NCBI RefSeq assembly: GCF_037042905.1
Contig: NC_087251.1
Coordinates: 13,144,001-13,208,000, forward strand
Source of the DNA: Lytechinus pictus
Lineage: Eukaryota
DNA length: 64,000 nt
Reading direction: 5' to 3'
Shown piece after piece: positions 1 to 14,800 of the stretch. The stretch's first letter is position 1. Every line of letters starts with the position of its first letter. A program made the position numbers and the translations under genes. The notes beneath the pieces were generated by a model that had not been told where the DNA came from, made no database searches, and saw nothing but the letters and a program-made list of their open reading frames with translations.

Positions 1-583
1 ATAGTGGGTTATAGAGTGAATAATATGATTTATGTACTACTTATTCGGAAGGTGTCTCACTACATACCAATAACACCATGCAGTGTTGGAATAGAATGTA
101 CGATCATACTGTTTCAAATTTATAGTTATAAGTACATTTTTTTTTCTTTTTTTTTAAAATTCATTCTAAATTTGTGATAAATTAATAAAGGGTCTTAATT
201 GCCAAACCACTCATTTTACAATGACAACATCATTTTTAAGAAGCTATTCAACATGATTGCTGATATCTTTAACAGTAATTGTAGAGTTTGTGCTGAATCT
301 ATTATTATCTTTCCTCAGAATGATAAAATTCAGCCCCATTGCTTAGCTACAGTTTACTGTTATGGTAGCTTTACCAACAATTACAATTACTATGGAAACA
401 GGCTCAACATTTATTTAAAATTATGGTTTCTATGGAAGTTACCAATGATGGCAAAGTGTTCTTTGATATTTGGTGCAATGGATGTCGTGATAAAGGCCTA
501 TAGGGTGATGCTATGATCTTTATTTTAAATTATTATTAACACTTCTTCCTTTTCTATTCCCCTTCCTATCATGATCCATGCAG

Positions 584-748
584 TCAAACAATGTGGCAGG
601 AGGTGCAATAAAATACCATAAGAACGTGTACAACCCTGTCCCTCCGTGTCCACCAGCGAGAGATGTACCTGTAGAAGTAGCTGAAATTAGGTTACAAAAT
701 GGCGCCGGAAAACATGATGTTAACATCAACATGGAAGCCAGAGTATAG
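584..748 (+). CDS. Probable terminal coding exon of an upstream gene that starts outside the window (..SNNVAGGAIKYHKNVYNPVPPCPPARDVPVEVAEIRLQNGAGKHDVNINMEARV*)
   Basis: A pyrimidine tract (541-570) and CAG acceptor at 581-583 are followed by a 55-codon open frame ending TAG at 746-748. Composition is more GC-rich than the flanks, and a long AT-rich UTR-like region follows. No family recognised. Confidence 0.5.
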   Translation, partial: SNNVAGGAIKYHKNVYNPVPPCPPARDVPVEVAEIRLQNGAGKHDVNINMEARV

Positions 749-3700
749 AACATGGAGGACCAAGTGTCTTCTGACCGTTCCTGAAAAATGCTAAGAAATG
801 CTAACAATCGCGAATGGTCCCCAGAACTAAACAAGAACAATTTGTATTCGTGAAACTCTTGCCATAGTTGTACATTGTGGACCTAAACGCTGCAGTTCAT
901 CTCATTTGGAAGAAGTTTTTGTGTTTTCATTTTGTGGACATGGAAGATGAATTTGAAATACCAAGGAGAGAAACTCTTGTGTATACATATAAGACTAAGC
1001 TGTGACATGAAGTCTAGGTGATATAAAAAAAAACCCATGAGTGAATAACATGTTATTTGGTGCCATGCACCGATAGACACCAGTGTACGGATTAAAGTTA
1101 ACTATTGTGCTCCAGTTATTTGGGTGTATATCTGGGCATTTTATACTCATCATTGTGGCAAGCAATTCCTTTAGAAGAAATTACTCTGGGACAGAAGCAA
1201 CACTGCCGCACTATCGCCACCTTTTTAAATGATAAACTTTTTTGCCGCATGAAAAACATGATGGACTAGAACATTCATTCTACCTTTATTCCAAACTATT
1301 TACATCAACTTCAACAGATTATTTCATGGATATCCTTGATTGACTTTGGAACCAGTTCTATACAATATTATTATTGTTAAGTGATTACAACAACTGCTGC
1401 CCTTAGACCAAAGTGTGTGCCCAAAGACCAAAGGACAGAAAAGAGTTGATTACAATAAATGTAAAAAACAAAAACAAAAAACTATGAGACCAGGGGCAAT
1501 CACCCTTTATGATATTTCAGGTGATAAAAACAAATACAAAAGGAGAAAACAAGGTAAAAGGAATCGAGAGGAGTCTTGAAAAGACAATACTGTGTCATGC
1601 CCTATTGTTTCATTCAGGGTATAAAATGAAGTCACCTGAAAAGTCATCAATACCCTGACGTCATTCCTCTCTATGTCATAATGATGTTCTTGAACATTAA
1701 TATGTCAATATTTTCTTAGTATTATTCATATCTGAAAGTTGACAAGTCAGCATCATTAACAGATTTGATGAACAAATTCAATTTCATGTATTTTTCTTTT
1801 CAACTCATACCAAACTCGAACTCAATCGATGTAATACATCATAGTATGTCCAGCATAACTTATATGATTATATCATGCATTTATCATTTCATATATTACT
1901 AATAACTAAGATGGACGATGAATTTTGCTAATAAGATTATATTTATTGCTTTTGATTATGAAAATTATTCTTGCCAACATTCCGTTTCAAACCCTATTCT
2001 AGCTAATCATCTTAAGGAAGGGGAGTCTATTCCTATGCCCTCTTTATCCCCCTTTTCAAGATCAGTGACGAAAACATACAGTTTATAATTTTGTTGGTGT
2101 GTTATATGAATTTTCATTATTATTATTATTTAAGATATCAATATGCTAATGATTCTTCAAAATTCGATTGAGATTTCTTCTTGAGCCAATAATTTGTATT
2201 TCAACTTTGTTGAAAGAGTTTAAACTTTGCAATATTTAAATAAACAGATGGCATCATACCTTTCATTTCCAACCATTATAAAGTATCTGTTGGATCAATG
2301 AAGATAGAAAAAAAAAATCCGCATTTTTGATATTTTGATACGAAAAGGTATGTAGATTTTCAGTTAAAACATTTCCAAGTTTGTTTTAGTCATTCATATG
2401 AATATCCAGAGCTAACTAAAATAACATTTAACAATTTCCTTGATTTTAAATACAAACCTAGTTGATTTTTGGTGGAGAGCTGTCAAACTCTGCATAAAAG
2501 CTATTCAAACGTAGTAAATATGTAGTAAAATATGTGCCTAAATCATAAATTCCTTGTAATTAATGACTGTTTTGTGTCAATTTGTGAACGTATGTACTGC
2601 TGTTGAATAAATCCAATACTATAGAGAGTATCACATAAAATAATAATTTTGTTACATATGATCTGGCCAGAATACAAAGGTTTTACTTGTGGATACGACT
2701 CAATACTTTGGATTGTTCATATAATAATGCTGATGAATGATATCAATAAAAATTAAACACTTATGGGCATTAAATATAGCCGCAAGAAATGCTTGAACGA
2801 AATATCAGTTGTAAAATTTAATGTTTACGTTTTAATGTGTCGCAAATTTAGAAGATAAAATGCACTTGCAAAAAAAGTATTGATATCAAAAGCATGCACA
2901 AAGTTTTAATGAGTCTTGTTTGTAAATTCGAATGATGATAAGTGAGATTGTGATTTTCTGCAAAGTTCTTTTTTATTTTGTTCAACTTAAGTAAATGTTA
3001 ATTGGAGCTGGAGCTTGTACAATAATATTTTGCTTTTTTCTTGGAAAAAACGAAATGTGCAATTCACAAGTTGTAATTTTTATACAACGCTACTATTTTA
3101 TATTGTTCTCATCTAAAATATGTAATTTATCGATGTGCGTTTGTCTTATTTGTAAATGATTTAATCTGTTAGCATTTTAAATACTATTTTGCAAATTAGG
3201 AGCATAATTGGTGGGGTTTCGTGGTGTAGCCCCATATAAAATTATCAAAGTGATACAAAAACAGTTGATAAATGAATTTCACATTCTAATTTTGATATTG
3301 TTTTGTCAGCCAAAAGAAAATGAAGATAAAATCTCACAAAATAATGTATTCTTTATTCATATTGCATTTTGTATTCCCGCACCACCCTTAATGCCCAGTT
3401 GAATAAAAGTTGTCACTATTTTCTTGCTATGTGTAGAAATAAGACCTGCAAATGAACTTATACGAAGAATGATATGTACAAATTGTATTTAATTATGAGA
3501 TCTTCCAATTATGAAGTTTACACGTTAATCTGTATATTTGGGTACCTGTCCGAAATGATTTGAATAAATTCTGTTTTATACGAAATAAAGTGTAATATGT
3601 TTTGTCTATGTAATTATTGGTTTTGTTTAGTTTTAGATGATACAAGAAGCTTAAGTCTCGGATTTCATGTAATTTGATTTTTCACAAATCCCATTTCCAT

Positions 3701-4264
3701 TCAAAGTCGATCGAATGATATCTTAGAGAAAGTGATGTATGAATATATTTCTTTTTTTCGGTGAGACATAAACAAAAGGAAGACGAAGAGAAGAATGAAG
3801 ATGAAGAAGAAGAAAAAAAGAAAGAAAAATAAGAAAGAGGAAAGGGGAAAAAAGGAGAAGAAGAAAAAAGAAGAAGAAGAAAACAGAACAAGACGTAGAA
3901 GAAGAGGAATAAAATAAAAGAGAAAGAGGAGAAGAAGGAAATAGGCGCATAGTTACGTTATTTCTTGAATAAGCTTCAAAATCATTTTAAAAAGGTGGTG
4001 TCGAGAGCGGACATTTTCACAGTAAAAAAAAAAACACTTGCTCAAGCCCTTCACTCTAACAACAAATTAATTAAACTTTTTAAAAATTGTTTGATTTTCA
4101 AACAACTTGTTTTAATACGTAAACAACTTCTTTAAAACTTTAAACAATAGTTGTTAGAGTGACAAGCTTAAACAATGTGACTCAAATTTGTAACAGCATG
4201 TTTTCCATTTCTCAAAATTGCATAGCCCATACAAGTCTCCTCCTTTATAAATTAATACTAACCA

Positions 4265-4362
4265 GATAATAATAATAATGAGGATGATGATGATGATAAT
4301 AATATTAATGATAATAATAATAGTAATAATGATGATGATGATGATAATAATAATAATAATAA
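4265..4362. repeat. (ATA/ATG)n microsatellite
   Basis: Direct trinucleotide run; it explains the poly-I/poly-M ORFs. Confidence 0.9.
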
Positions 4363-4369
4363 AAGCCTT

Positions 4370-5900
4370 CGCCAATGGGGGGGGGGGGGGCGAAATTTTT
4401 TCAGCCATATTTTCCCCGATCGGCCGCTCTAAGTTGATTTTTGTTTGTTTATTTGAAGGGGTTGTCCTAATAGTCATTTCTAAGCTTTATTCTTATAAAT
4501 CAACATAAATATATGATAATCTTATATACCTTATTTAAATAGTGCGAGCGCGAAGCGCGAGCTATTTTTTTTTTTTAAATTTAAAGTATTTTTTTCAATA
4601 AAATTAAACATTCTGGGCGGCAATGCTGTGATCATAAACCAGATGTGTATCTAATTAAATCATTACTGCGAGCGCGAAGCGCGAGCAGAAATTTTTAATA
4701 TACTTTTTGATCTGATAAAAAAAAGGATCTGTTAACGGCTGCTTGCAGTTAGCCATGGAGACCTTACATATTTCAACAATCAAACAATGCGAGCGCGAAG
4801 CGCGAGCTGAAAATGTTGACATTTTTACCTAAAGAATGGAAATCCTGAGCACTTTTTGTAATCGTGATAAGGATAAGTATATAACTAAACAATTGATGCG
4901 AGCGCGAAGCGCCAGCGGAAAAATTCGAGATTTATACCTAAATATGGGACACTCTATTAATGTTTTGTAAATCATGTAAATGATGAATAATTGGAAATTT
5001 TTCTACATAAATAATGCGAGCGCAAGCGCGAGCAGAAAATATATTTGATATATTGGATAATGATAAAGAACAAGCTGCGTATCTAAATAAAAATGCGCGA
5101 TCTAGAATCTGGGCATTCTAAATACCCTTTTTATTATGAAAATCAATAAAGCGAGAGCGAAGCGCGAGCTAAAAATATTTGATATTCCGATCTGAAAAAG
5201 GGTCAATTTAAGCTCTGTATTTCATGTACTTTGTAGGAAACTTCTGAGGTGGATATGGATCAGTTAAAAAAGCTTTCAATATTATTACTTTGAATTTTGA
5301 CATAGGACTGGGACATTCTAAGAACATTGTGTCATCATATGAAAATGATGACTATCTTTCTATTCCCCTTCCTAAGTGCGAGATGGAACTTGTCGATATT
5401 CCATTCTGAAAAAGGGACAGTTTGATTATTAAATGAATATCTTATTTATCTATCAAATAAGCCTAATGAGAGCGCGAAATCTGTTAATATTATGGCTTGA
5501 AAACTGGAAATTTAAAGCACTTTTGTAAATATGAATAAGATGCATGAGTTAATATATTTTAAACAATCAATACGAGCGCAAATCGCAAGCCGAAATTTTG
5601 AAAAACTGTTATGAAATTTGGATTTGAAGTAGTTTGTTAAAAAATTAGTATTGAGATATACATAACTCACCAAAATTTTATATAGTGTTATGACAAGAAT
5701 TTTTTAAAAACTTTTTTACAAAGTCATCCCCTCATCTTATTTTATCCACTCGTCTTCCTCCTCTTATCGTTCCCCTTCTTTTTCTCCTCTCTTTTTCCCT
5801 TCTTTTTCTTTTTTTCTTTCTTTCCCCCTTTCTTTCTTTTAGTCCGCCAATAAGGGGGGGGGGGCAGGCCCCTCGGGCCCGGCCCCCTGGATCCGCCTAT
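4370..5900. repeat. Interspersed repeat/non-autonomous element with an internal ~120-bp tandem array anchored by GCGAGCGCGAAGCGCGAGC
   Basis: Motif copies at ~4544, 4668, 4789, 4898, 5016 and 5151, with degenerate copies at ~5378, 5468 and 5573. G-run ends (4376-4390; 5854-5899 ...CTGGATCCGCC). Confidence 0.7.
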
Positions 5901-6518
5901 ATGGAATAAGAGAAGAAGAAGAAGAAGAAGGTGATGATACAATTATTATAAAGGACTTTGACGAAAATGAAAGACTGGTTCTGTAGTGCGGGGTCATCTT
6001 CCACCGATTTGATACTAGTAGTTTCATAAAAAAAGGTAGGCATATAAATGTTTGATTCCCTCTTTCTACACATTCAGATAAAGTAGGAATATCACTTACC
6101 ATCAGAAGTTTCTCCAAAAAGAAGATTACTGAGCCTATATTTCTTACCATCACTCATAATAAAAAGTATAAACGTAACTTGGGTTCTCGCTCTTCTCTCT
6201 CCCCCTCTCTCTTTGGTTCTTTCCCCCTCTCTCTTTTCCTCTTTCTCTCTCATTATTTTAGTCGGCTGGAAAACACCGTTCAGTCGTGAAGACTTCATAT
6301 TCAATGCCGTACCATGGCGCCACCTCATGGGCAATGCCATAGAATATAACGTTACATTAAAGCAAATTTTGTTACTTTTTTATACAGCTGTTTTAAATTT
6401 ATGTTTATGAAACCCTGTTTCATTACAATTTATGTTTAATAATAATTTAATTTCTGTCAATTTAATTTGGGATTTTCTACTCCTTCAAATTAACGTGATA
6501 TAGGTCTACCCCCGGGGG

Positions 6519-6682
6519 TCCGTTTCATAAAGCTGTTCGTAAGTTAAGAGCAACTTTAAGAGTGACTGGTGATCATTTTTACGCTCTAAACCATCGCCAA
6601 TGAATCTACCATTTACCACAAGAAAGGATCACCAGTCGTTCTTAAAGTCGCTCTTAACTTACGAACATCTTTATGAAACACC
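6519..6682. mobile_element. Short palindromic MITE
   Basis: Long inverted arms GTTTCATAAAGCTGTTCGTAAGTTAAGAGC...GCTCTTAACTTACGAACATCTTTATGAAAC. A degenerate relative lies at ~38013-38180. Confidence 0.8.
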
Positions 6683-8851
6683 TACCCGTTAAGGTTAATG
6701 CCCAAAACATTTTAGATTAAAAACTCAAACTAATCTACAATCTATACGACTCAAACTATATTTTTCTCACGAGAAAATGATTGTCATTAAGAAATTGTTT
6801 GAAAGTTAGGCATATTAATATTCATCAACTAAAAATTCATGTTTTGATGCATTGAGATGGTGCACATATTCCCCACGTTTTCGTAAAATGAAGTAAATGT
6901 ACATCGGTCCATTCCCCTGCAGATGGTGAAAGGAAATATGAGCTGTTCAGATCAAATAGACATGTCTTATAGTGTAGAGAGAAATAGATAAGTAACTAAA
7001 CAAACAAATGAAGGGAGCTAAACGTTTTAAGGACTCATTTGCATTCGATATATTTATACCAATAGAATATTTGATGATCATAGGTAGGCCTATGGATGAA
7101 AAACTTACTAGTGTTGATTTCAGATGCAGAAGATAGTTTTGAGTGTTATATTTTAGAATATGAAAGTAAAGGACTGAGAAACTCGTAAGAATAACAGAAA
7201 ATGGGATTATATTGTAAATGGGGAATGAAGGTTAATTGTCATTGCAGATAGAACAGATTGACAAATAATCATCTAAAAGAAGACTGACAAAAAGGATGAC
7301 AGAAAGTGCAAGTGAGAATAGAGAAGTGTGGACATCGAGAGATCATAAACATTGTTATCTAAATGATTACCTATGAAAATGAATCCTCAGAACTATGGAA
7401 TATTATTTCCCTCTCAAACTTGCCGAAGAAAATTATGTTTCTGTCAATGAATGAATAAAAATCTAATAAATATCTAGTTTCAAGAAAGTCTCGAATTGAA
7501 AAAGTGTGAACCCCGGAATGAGGGTGGAGGTTAAGTGATCAAGTTGAATTTGAATGTTTAGTGATCAAATTGACTGATATTTTGCCTAAAAGTTTCAGCA
7601 GGGAAAACCCCCTCCCGTGATGATCAGTTTATCAGAAATTGGATCTCATAAAAGAGAGCTCAAGTTGCCTCTTCATCCCTGTTACGTCCTATATGAAATA
7701 AGCCGTTTTTTATATTTAGAATATTAAGAGTCTAAAAATAGTCATATCTCTTTGAGCCCCTTTATTACTATTAGGTTGAATGGACATTAATAGTGACATG
7801 TATTTCTCTTGTATCATTAAGATTATTTTGATTTTTGGGGTCATTTTTGTTAAATGGGAACTGACTTGGATTAAAAAACATGAATGCAGTGACTGAGGCA
7901 ATATTGCGAAGTAAAGTATTAGCCGGGAGTAGTGGAAGTGTCAAACCAAAATAAATCCGAAACACGAATGGGCGAAAACGTTTCCTCGTTCCTTTTTGCA
8001 CCCCTCGAAATCTTAGCACAGACTTCAATGGGAATTGTTTACACAGCTTTGGTAACCATAGCGCACTGTATACAAGTGCAGGGGTGCACTCCGACACACA
8101 TGCGGAGCGAACAAGCGCGCATCAACGCGACCACGAATACGGCTTGTATACATCATCAAAGTGTTTAGAAACTTTCTGCTGAAATCGCCAAAGGGACTAT
8201 ACATCGATAGGGCGTAAGAAAATTGATTCGCAGTCTCTTCTGAAGGAGTTGATCCAAGATTATAAAGACATATTGATTAAATCCGAAGTGTTAGAAAGGA
8301 GACTTCTTCAGATGGATGATTTTTTACGTCAATGTTTTTGAAAATCGAAGCTGGACATTGAGTAGAAGACTTCGACTACCAGTGGCAGCAGCTGTGGGGG
8401 CAATACCCAGTTTCTTTGGAAGTTTTCAACATGCTTACCGTTGCACCTGCCGTGAAGTCAATGCGTCGAACGAGAACGATTGAATTTCACTCTCCTGCAG
8501 CCCCATGTATAGTGTTGGATATTGAATAACCTTGGAATACATTTTGGGAATTCATTTTGTCTATATCAGTTTACTTTTGGAAATCAAGCGCTTTCAATTA
8601 TTGTAAGCCTAATGTTAAAAAAAAAAAAAAACAGAGCAGAGGATTAAATTGTTTTCGTTATCAGGACCAGATCATTGCACTCGTACTTCGTAGATCAGTA
8701 TGGAATCTGAAATTGTATGTGTGTTAACAAATTAATTGTTAATTTATGTTGATTCTTGATCGAACATAAGTATAACAACATTTCACAAGGTTGCTGTTTT
8801 TGATTGACAAAGTAAATTTAATTGCTGCCAGCTAGAGACTGATTTGACAAG

Positions 8852-11800
8852 ATGTCAACTGGCGCTGGAAGCAGTTTTCGTGCGGCCAACAATGTCCTAC
8901 AGAAGAAATGGAATCAGAGGACATATCAGATGCATGTAGCAAAGGTAAGTTGACTAAAAAAGGGTAGAATATGATTTCAGGGAAAATAGATTTCCAATCT
9001 TATTTATACATCTGTTGCTTTGTTGGTACAATACATCATCGCCTTGTTAAGTAACGAATATGTAAATGTTCAGATACATGCATGTACTTCACCCTTCAAA
9101 TCAGCAAGAGATGGAAATGAAAAAAAATAATGCTACAACATAAAAATGTGGACTAATTTGGGTTTTACTTTAAAAACATTTACATGTAAGACTGACTTTG
9201 CTATTGCATCAATGGAGTCGAATTACATGAAAATATTTTTTAATGTTGATCTGCAAAATTCTGCTTATATACTGTAAGATATTTCTGTTTATCAATCCTT
9301 TTCCCCAGGATAATTTGCCTTCTGAGAGTGTAGCAGGTATAAGTGTAGATGTATTGTGAAATTGTTAAGGTGTGTCAAATTGAAAGGTGTTTTTCTTGTA
9401 CTTATCTTGCCATGTCAAAGTCGATAATGTAGATACAAAAATGTAAAATCTTTAAACAAATGTAGGCCTACCTCAATCTTTAGAGACTTTATCTATTTTT
9501 AGAGAAATATCAACCAAAATATAATTAGTGACTGATTCAAATTTTTTAAAACAACAGCCAAAATCTAAATTAAAAATGAATATTTGTTGATGGATATTAT
9601 GCACACGCTTGCCTTTGCCTGAAATATATTTCAGGCTGTACTAATATTTTGTACAGTTCTTGACTGGAATTCACTATTACTGTACTTGTACAGTATGCAT
9701 TCACCTATTTTGATGGGAAAGAGTATGTGACATCACCATGGTTCCCTTATCACTTTCCGTAACGACTTGGGAATTTCATATTCATAATTCCATTAATTCA
9801 CCAGAAGACTTTGTCAGAGCTGCGTATTGCTGATCCAGAGTTTAATCAATCATGATTTAATTTTAGGGTAACACACATTTTCCATAGATCCTAGCCCAAT
9901 CTCATAACGGGGCTCAGTTGGTCAGCTAATTTGGGTTTCATCAAGGATTACATTGGGCACTATAAGGAAGCAATTTGTAAAGTTACAGTGGAAAATTCAC
10001 TGTTCATGTGCACCTCTGACTTGTTTGTGGGTCAAATTTCAAAGCTTAAGAATTTTTTTTTATAAGCGTAAGGTCAGTAGCATTTACAGTACAGCCCAGG
10101 GATCCATGTCATACAGGGGGGAGGGGGTACACTTTCAAACATACAAGTACTTGTCCCCATATCCTTGAATAAGAGAATTTTACAAAATTGCAAAATGTAG
10201 TGATGGTGCTTAATATATTTCTCGTCCATTAGAGTATATCCCTCTTGTAGACTATTGTTGTTAGCGATGGACTTCCAATGATGATCATCAAATAAATGGA
10301 CATCAAATAATTTCACAATAAATTTTCACCTGCTGCAACCCAATACCAAATGGACATAAAATAATTTTAAATGAATGCAATGGAGTGGATGTATTGTGGG
10401 GAAAGCATCGTATATTGTTGCTGACAATGTTATTCATATAAAAATTTGCCTAGTTCATTTAATGCTTGGCATCACTTTTCATCTTTTATTATTTTTATTC
10501 CTTTACCCACACACCAAATTAACTTGGTGAAGAGAAGAATAAAACTGTTTCATGCTTCTTGTCCCCGAGTCTCCAAAGAGATCATTCATACAAATGTATA
10601 TATGTGGCCACAGTGGCCTTGTTTTTTTAAATCTGTTTCATATGAGCAGCTTCATTATACACTATATTATTGAGATCTGGTAGAACTGATATTTATAATG
10701 ATCAGTTTGGAGTTAATTAATTCTTTACCTTCTGGAACTGGGTGGTCCCTGTTCAAAGTCAATGGGAATCACAGAATTCAGAAGTCAACAGGCTCATCAT
10801 CAATCACTATCAGATACAATCAATCTGGAAATAAATAAGCAAAGACTTCATGGCAGTCCTCCACCAAATGTAGTCCGATTATGAATGCAGCTGTTTTCAA
10901 TTTCATTGACACTGAATCAGATAATATATTAAAAATCAATGCTAAAATCAATAGGACATTAGTGGGAGGTATACATATATCTGCCGAGTGAAACCCAGAA
11001 CTATGTTAACTCTTTATATTTGTATATTAGTAATATGTACATGTACAAGTAGGCTATCTGACTTCTTGTACCTTCCGTAAATTGGTAAATGCCCCCCAAA
11101 CAAAGATATATTCTGAAATAAGTTGCATCAAGAGTACGGAGGAATCTGAAGAAATAACACCAATAGTATCAAATTTTGAAATTAAAATTTAAGAAAGCCA
11201 TTTACTTTTGAGTTTTTGTCATGGAATGTTTCATTTTTTAGTACTTTATTGTAAAAGATCATTAGTTTTCACCTTTTTTTAAAGAGCTGTTGATGTCATA
11301 ATTAGCTTAATTTACAATTTACCTTTTAATATGAATTATTGAAAGATATATATTTTTTTTGGTTCAAAGGATATAAATCATGGTGAGACTTACATGTAAT
11401 GATTAAACTTGCTATTTCATATCCAAACTGTTGTATGTAACTTACTCTGATTAGAAAGAGAGATTATTTACATACATGAAGATCACAGCAAAAAAAGGGA
11501 AATCATTAGATGTTTAACATATTTCACATGATGCCTCTAGTGAGCACAAAATCAATAGTACCATATGGCATTACATGTATATGATTGATATACTGACAAC
11601 TTGGTCCTTGCAAAAAGCTTCTTGTGTGCACTTTGTCCTGTAGAAATGATTATACTTGACTTTGAAAAATGAGGTGGATGGAATAGTTTTGCTGCAGCTA
11701 TCGTTGCTTGGAAACATGGACAATGGAGTTGATTTTTAGTATCGGACAGTCATTTGTGTGAAATTTGTTTTTATATTGCATTACATGTATGATTACATGT

Positions 11801-14800
11801 ATGTTGAAAAAAAAACCCAGAAAAGTTAACACACCAATAAATTTTCATAAGATAGAAAATATTCAAAGGTTCATGAACAATACTCTCTTTGGGTTAAAAA
11901 AAGTACTCTGTGGTGGGGGGGGGGGGGGGGGGGTAGGGAAGGCCCCTTGGGATGCTGAGCGCTTTCATAATGGAATACATGTACATATTATATGTATGGT
12001 CATCTGTGAGCTACAGACTTGTGTAGATGACATATTGTACACTGCATTGTAACTTTGTAAGTTAATGTGGGTGTGAAAATATATGAATAGAGCTTCGATT
12101 TGATAAAACACCATCTTAATCTAATTTGAATTAATCAAATAGTCTTTAATCATTCTTAACAAAAGGCTGAGCATGTGCAATTTCCTTTGTAATTCCTGTA
12201 TTGTGGTATAATAATTTTTTGTTCATGCTGGTAATTAAGGATTTTTAATCACATCACTTGCAATTTACATACTGTATATTAAGTGAAAGTAGACAGCACA
12301 TTTAAAGAGTGAAATAAGATTAAACACAAGAAATAATCCTTATTTGATATTTTTCTCAGTGGTGCCACTGGATTTTGTTTATATGTGTGTGTGGGGTGCA
12401 GATAGGGTGGTAGGAATGTATAAAGGGGTACTCCACAGGCTGAAAATAATGTGTCTTGAACAGATAGAGAAAAATCAGCCGAACACAACTCTGAAAAAAT
12501 CAAAAAAATCGGACAAGAAATTTTAACGAAGTTATGACATTTTGAAGATTTGCATTATTATTGTGAAATGGTTCTATACATGTCTTCATGAATATTCAAT
12601 GAGCAAACTGATAATGTTATATCCCCACATGTATTTTATCATGTAAAATCATATTCATTTAAATTTTGACCTCGAAGAACTAAAAAAGAATCGCATTGAC
12701 AGCTGATTTAATGCATTATATACAGATATTCATCGCTGTACTTTTTTTATTTCAACAGAGACGTATCATGTAACACATACGTGTATGAAAATATGAAATA
12801 ATTGTGATTTCATGAATAATATAAGAAAAAGGAAAGTGTGGATGTGCATGAAACTGTTTTCACAAAATATTGCTAAAATTAAAAATTCAATAACTTTGTT
12901 ATTTGCTATAAGATCATTTTGAGGAAATTTTTATTCCTTTAACTGAATTTTACTCTATTAATTTAGATATACGTGTAATTATTTTTAGCCCCTGGTACTC
13001 CTATACATGTAGTCTTTGAATTCAAGAAAAATACAGGTATCATGAAAAGTTTAGTGTTGGCTTGGATTTTTTAAAGGATGAATGGAGATGTGGCAAGGGT
13101 AGGAGCCTATTGGTATTGCCAAAATTTGCAAAACACCCTCCAAAACCAGATGAATCTGTTGATTCAGATTAAATCAAAAGAATTGATATTGGGAGGAATT
13201 ATTTACTAATTACCTCTTTGAGACTTTAATATCTGATTCCATGATATCTCATGTACAATTGCATAGGAAGATAATCTATGAATTTGCTTTTAAAGCCAAT
13301 ATTAAAATATTAAAACCTAACCATAATTCTATATGCCTATAGTGGAGCGTTGTGGCCCAGTGGATTAGTCTTCGGACTTTGAAACAGAGGGTCGTGGGTT
13401 CGAATCCCAGCCATGGCGCAATTTCCTTCAGCAAGAAACTGATCCACAGTGTGCTGCACTCAACCCAGGTGAGGTAAATGGGTACCGGTAGGAAGTAATT
13501 CCTTAAGAAGCTGTGTGCGCTGTGAACGCCTAGCTTAGCCTGGTAAAATAGGAGCGCCTTGAGCACCTAACAAGGTGGATATGTGCGCAATATAAATACC
13601 CTATATTATATCTGACAGGGAATTAACAGTCATAGCAGGATAAATTATCAGGTCTGACCATAGACATAGTATTTGCAAATATTTTATGGGAAATAATACA
13701 CTTTTTAATCTTTTGTACATTCAAAAGAACCATTTGGTCTGAATTGAAAAAGTGTTTTCCTGTAACCTGAACCAATATATACAGGTACTGTATACATCCC
13801 TTACACTCAAACCACTTTCTGTTTCTGAGCATTGCATATGAGGCTCTCAGGTTGCCTAGCAACAGTGACTTGTTGATTTCACTTCGACACTTATGAATAA
13901 TTCTATCAAAATAATGACAAGAAGAAACCATCAAAGTCTGAAACGTGGTTACACATTTTTATTGAAGAATTTTATTGTTATGGGAAATAGGTCAAGAATA
14001 TGGTGAGTCGTTTGTAATTACATGATTAATATTCTCTTAAGGTACATTTGTGGTATACATGTAGGCCTACTGTATGTTCTGAAGGAAAAGTATTTACTTT
14101 AGTGATTCAACCTTTAAAAGGAATAAATAGATACTGTTTAGTTGACCAATTAGCATTACATGTATACGGTACAGTGTATTCATTATTAGAATAAGAAATG
14201 ACATAAAATGAACAGGAACTTTGTCTGTCATTTACACTGTAATGTCTATTTCTTCTTTGTTTATTTTTGTTATAAGAGTTTTGTTATAAGAATGGTACAG
14301 TTTTAGGATATGAAGTGAAATTAAAAAACAATGTGTGATCTGTTTGTATTAGTTCTGATAATAATTTTGTTTTACATGGGAGGGGGAATCAGTTGGATAT
14401 ACAGTACAACATATCAAAGGTTGTAAAACATATTTTAATCACCAAAGTTTCAATTGTTTATGAATATGTTTATGCATGCTATTTACTTGAGTTCACTTTT
14501 CTTCCACTACATGTACATGTAATTGATGAGTCTAGATATTTTGTGCCTTTGAATTATTTTCTCAGAGTTTAATGACATTATTGATGTATCTTTTCTTTTC
14601 TTTTCCCCCAGAAAAATGGCATGAGGACCAAGATCGATGCCACCTCTCCCAAGGTCTTCCCCCATCTACAGGTTAACATGAAGAAGTTGCAGGTATTGGT
14701 TTCTTTCTTTTATAATAGTTGAGATCAGAAAAAATGACATTGAGAAAGGCTGAATCTTCAATATTGCAATGTAAGATTGTAAATTTATTATTTTGGTTGA

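Noticed and set aside
520-840. Minus-strand 106-aa ORF
   Set aside because: No recognisable homology; better explained as the shadow of the + strand exon at 584-748.
4544-5590. CRISPR-like array of short repeats with spacers (also 48737-49127 and 31033-31116)
   Set aside because: Eukaryotic context, no cas genes, and the spacers are homologous to each other or too long.
3682-6410. ORFs rich in F/S/I/M/K
   Set aside because: They are translations of purine tracts, microsatellites and repeats.
8043-8066. RFX X-box upstream of the CFAP97-annexin gene
   Set aside because: Only one good half-site (GGTAAC), too weak to call, although the 7900-8500 CpG-richer zone is probably the promoter.
10729-10824. 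Minus-strand exon-like segment with AG/GT boundaries
   Set aside because: Stops in all three frames and no partner exons found; may be chance.
13344-13415. tRNA gene (also 31224-31295)
   Set aside because: A/B boxes run directly into a shared SINE body and tail, so these are SINE heads, not tRNA genes.
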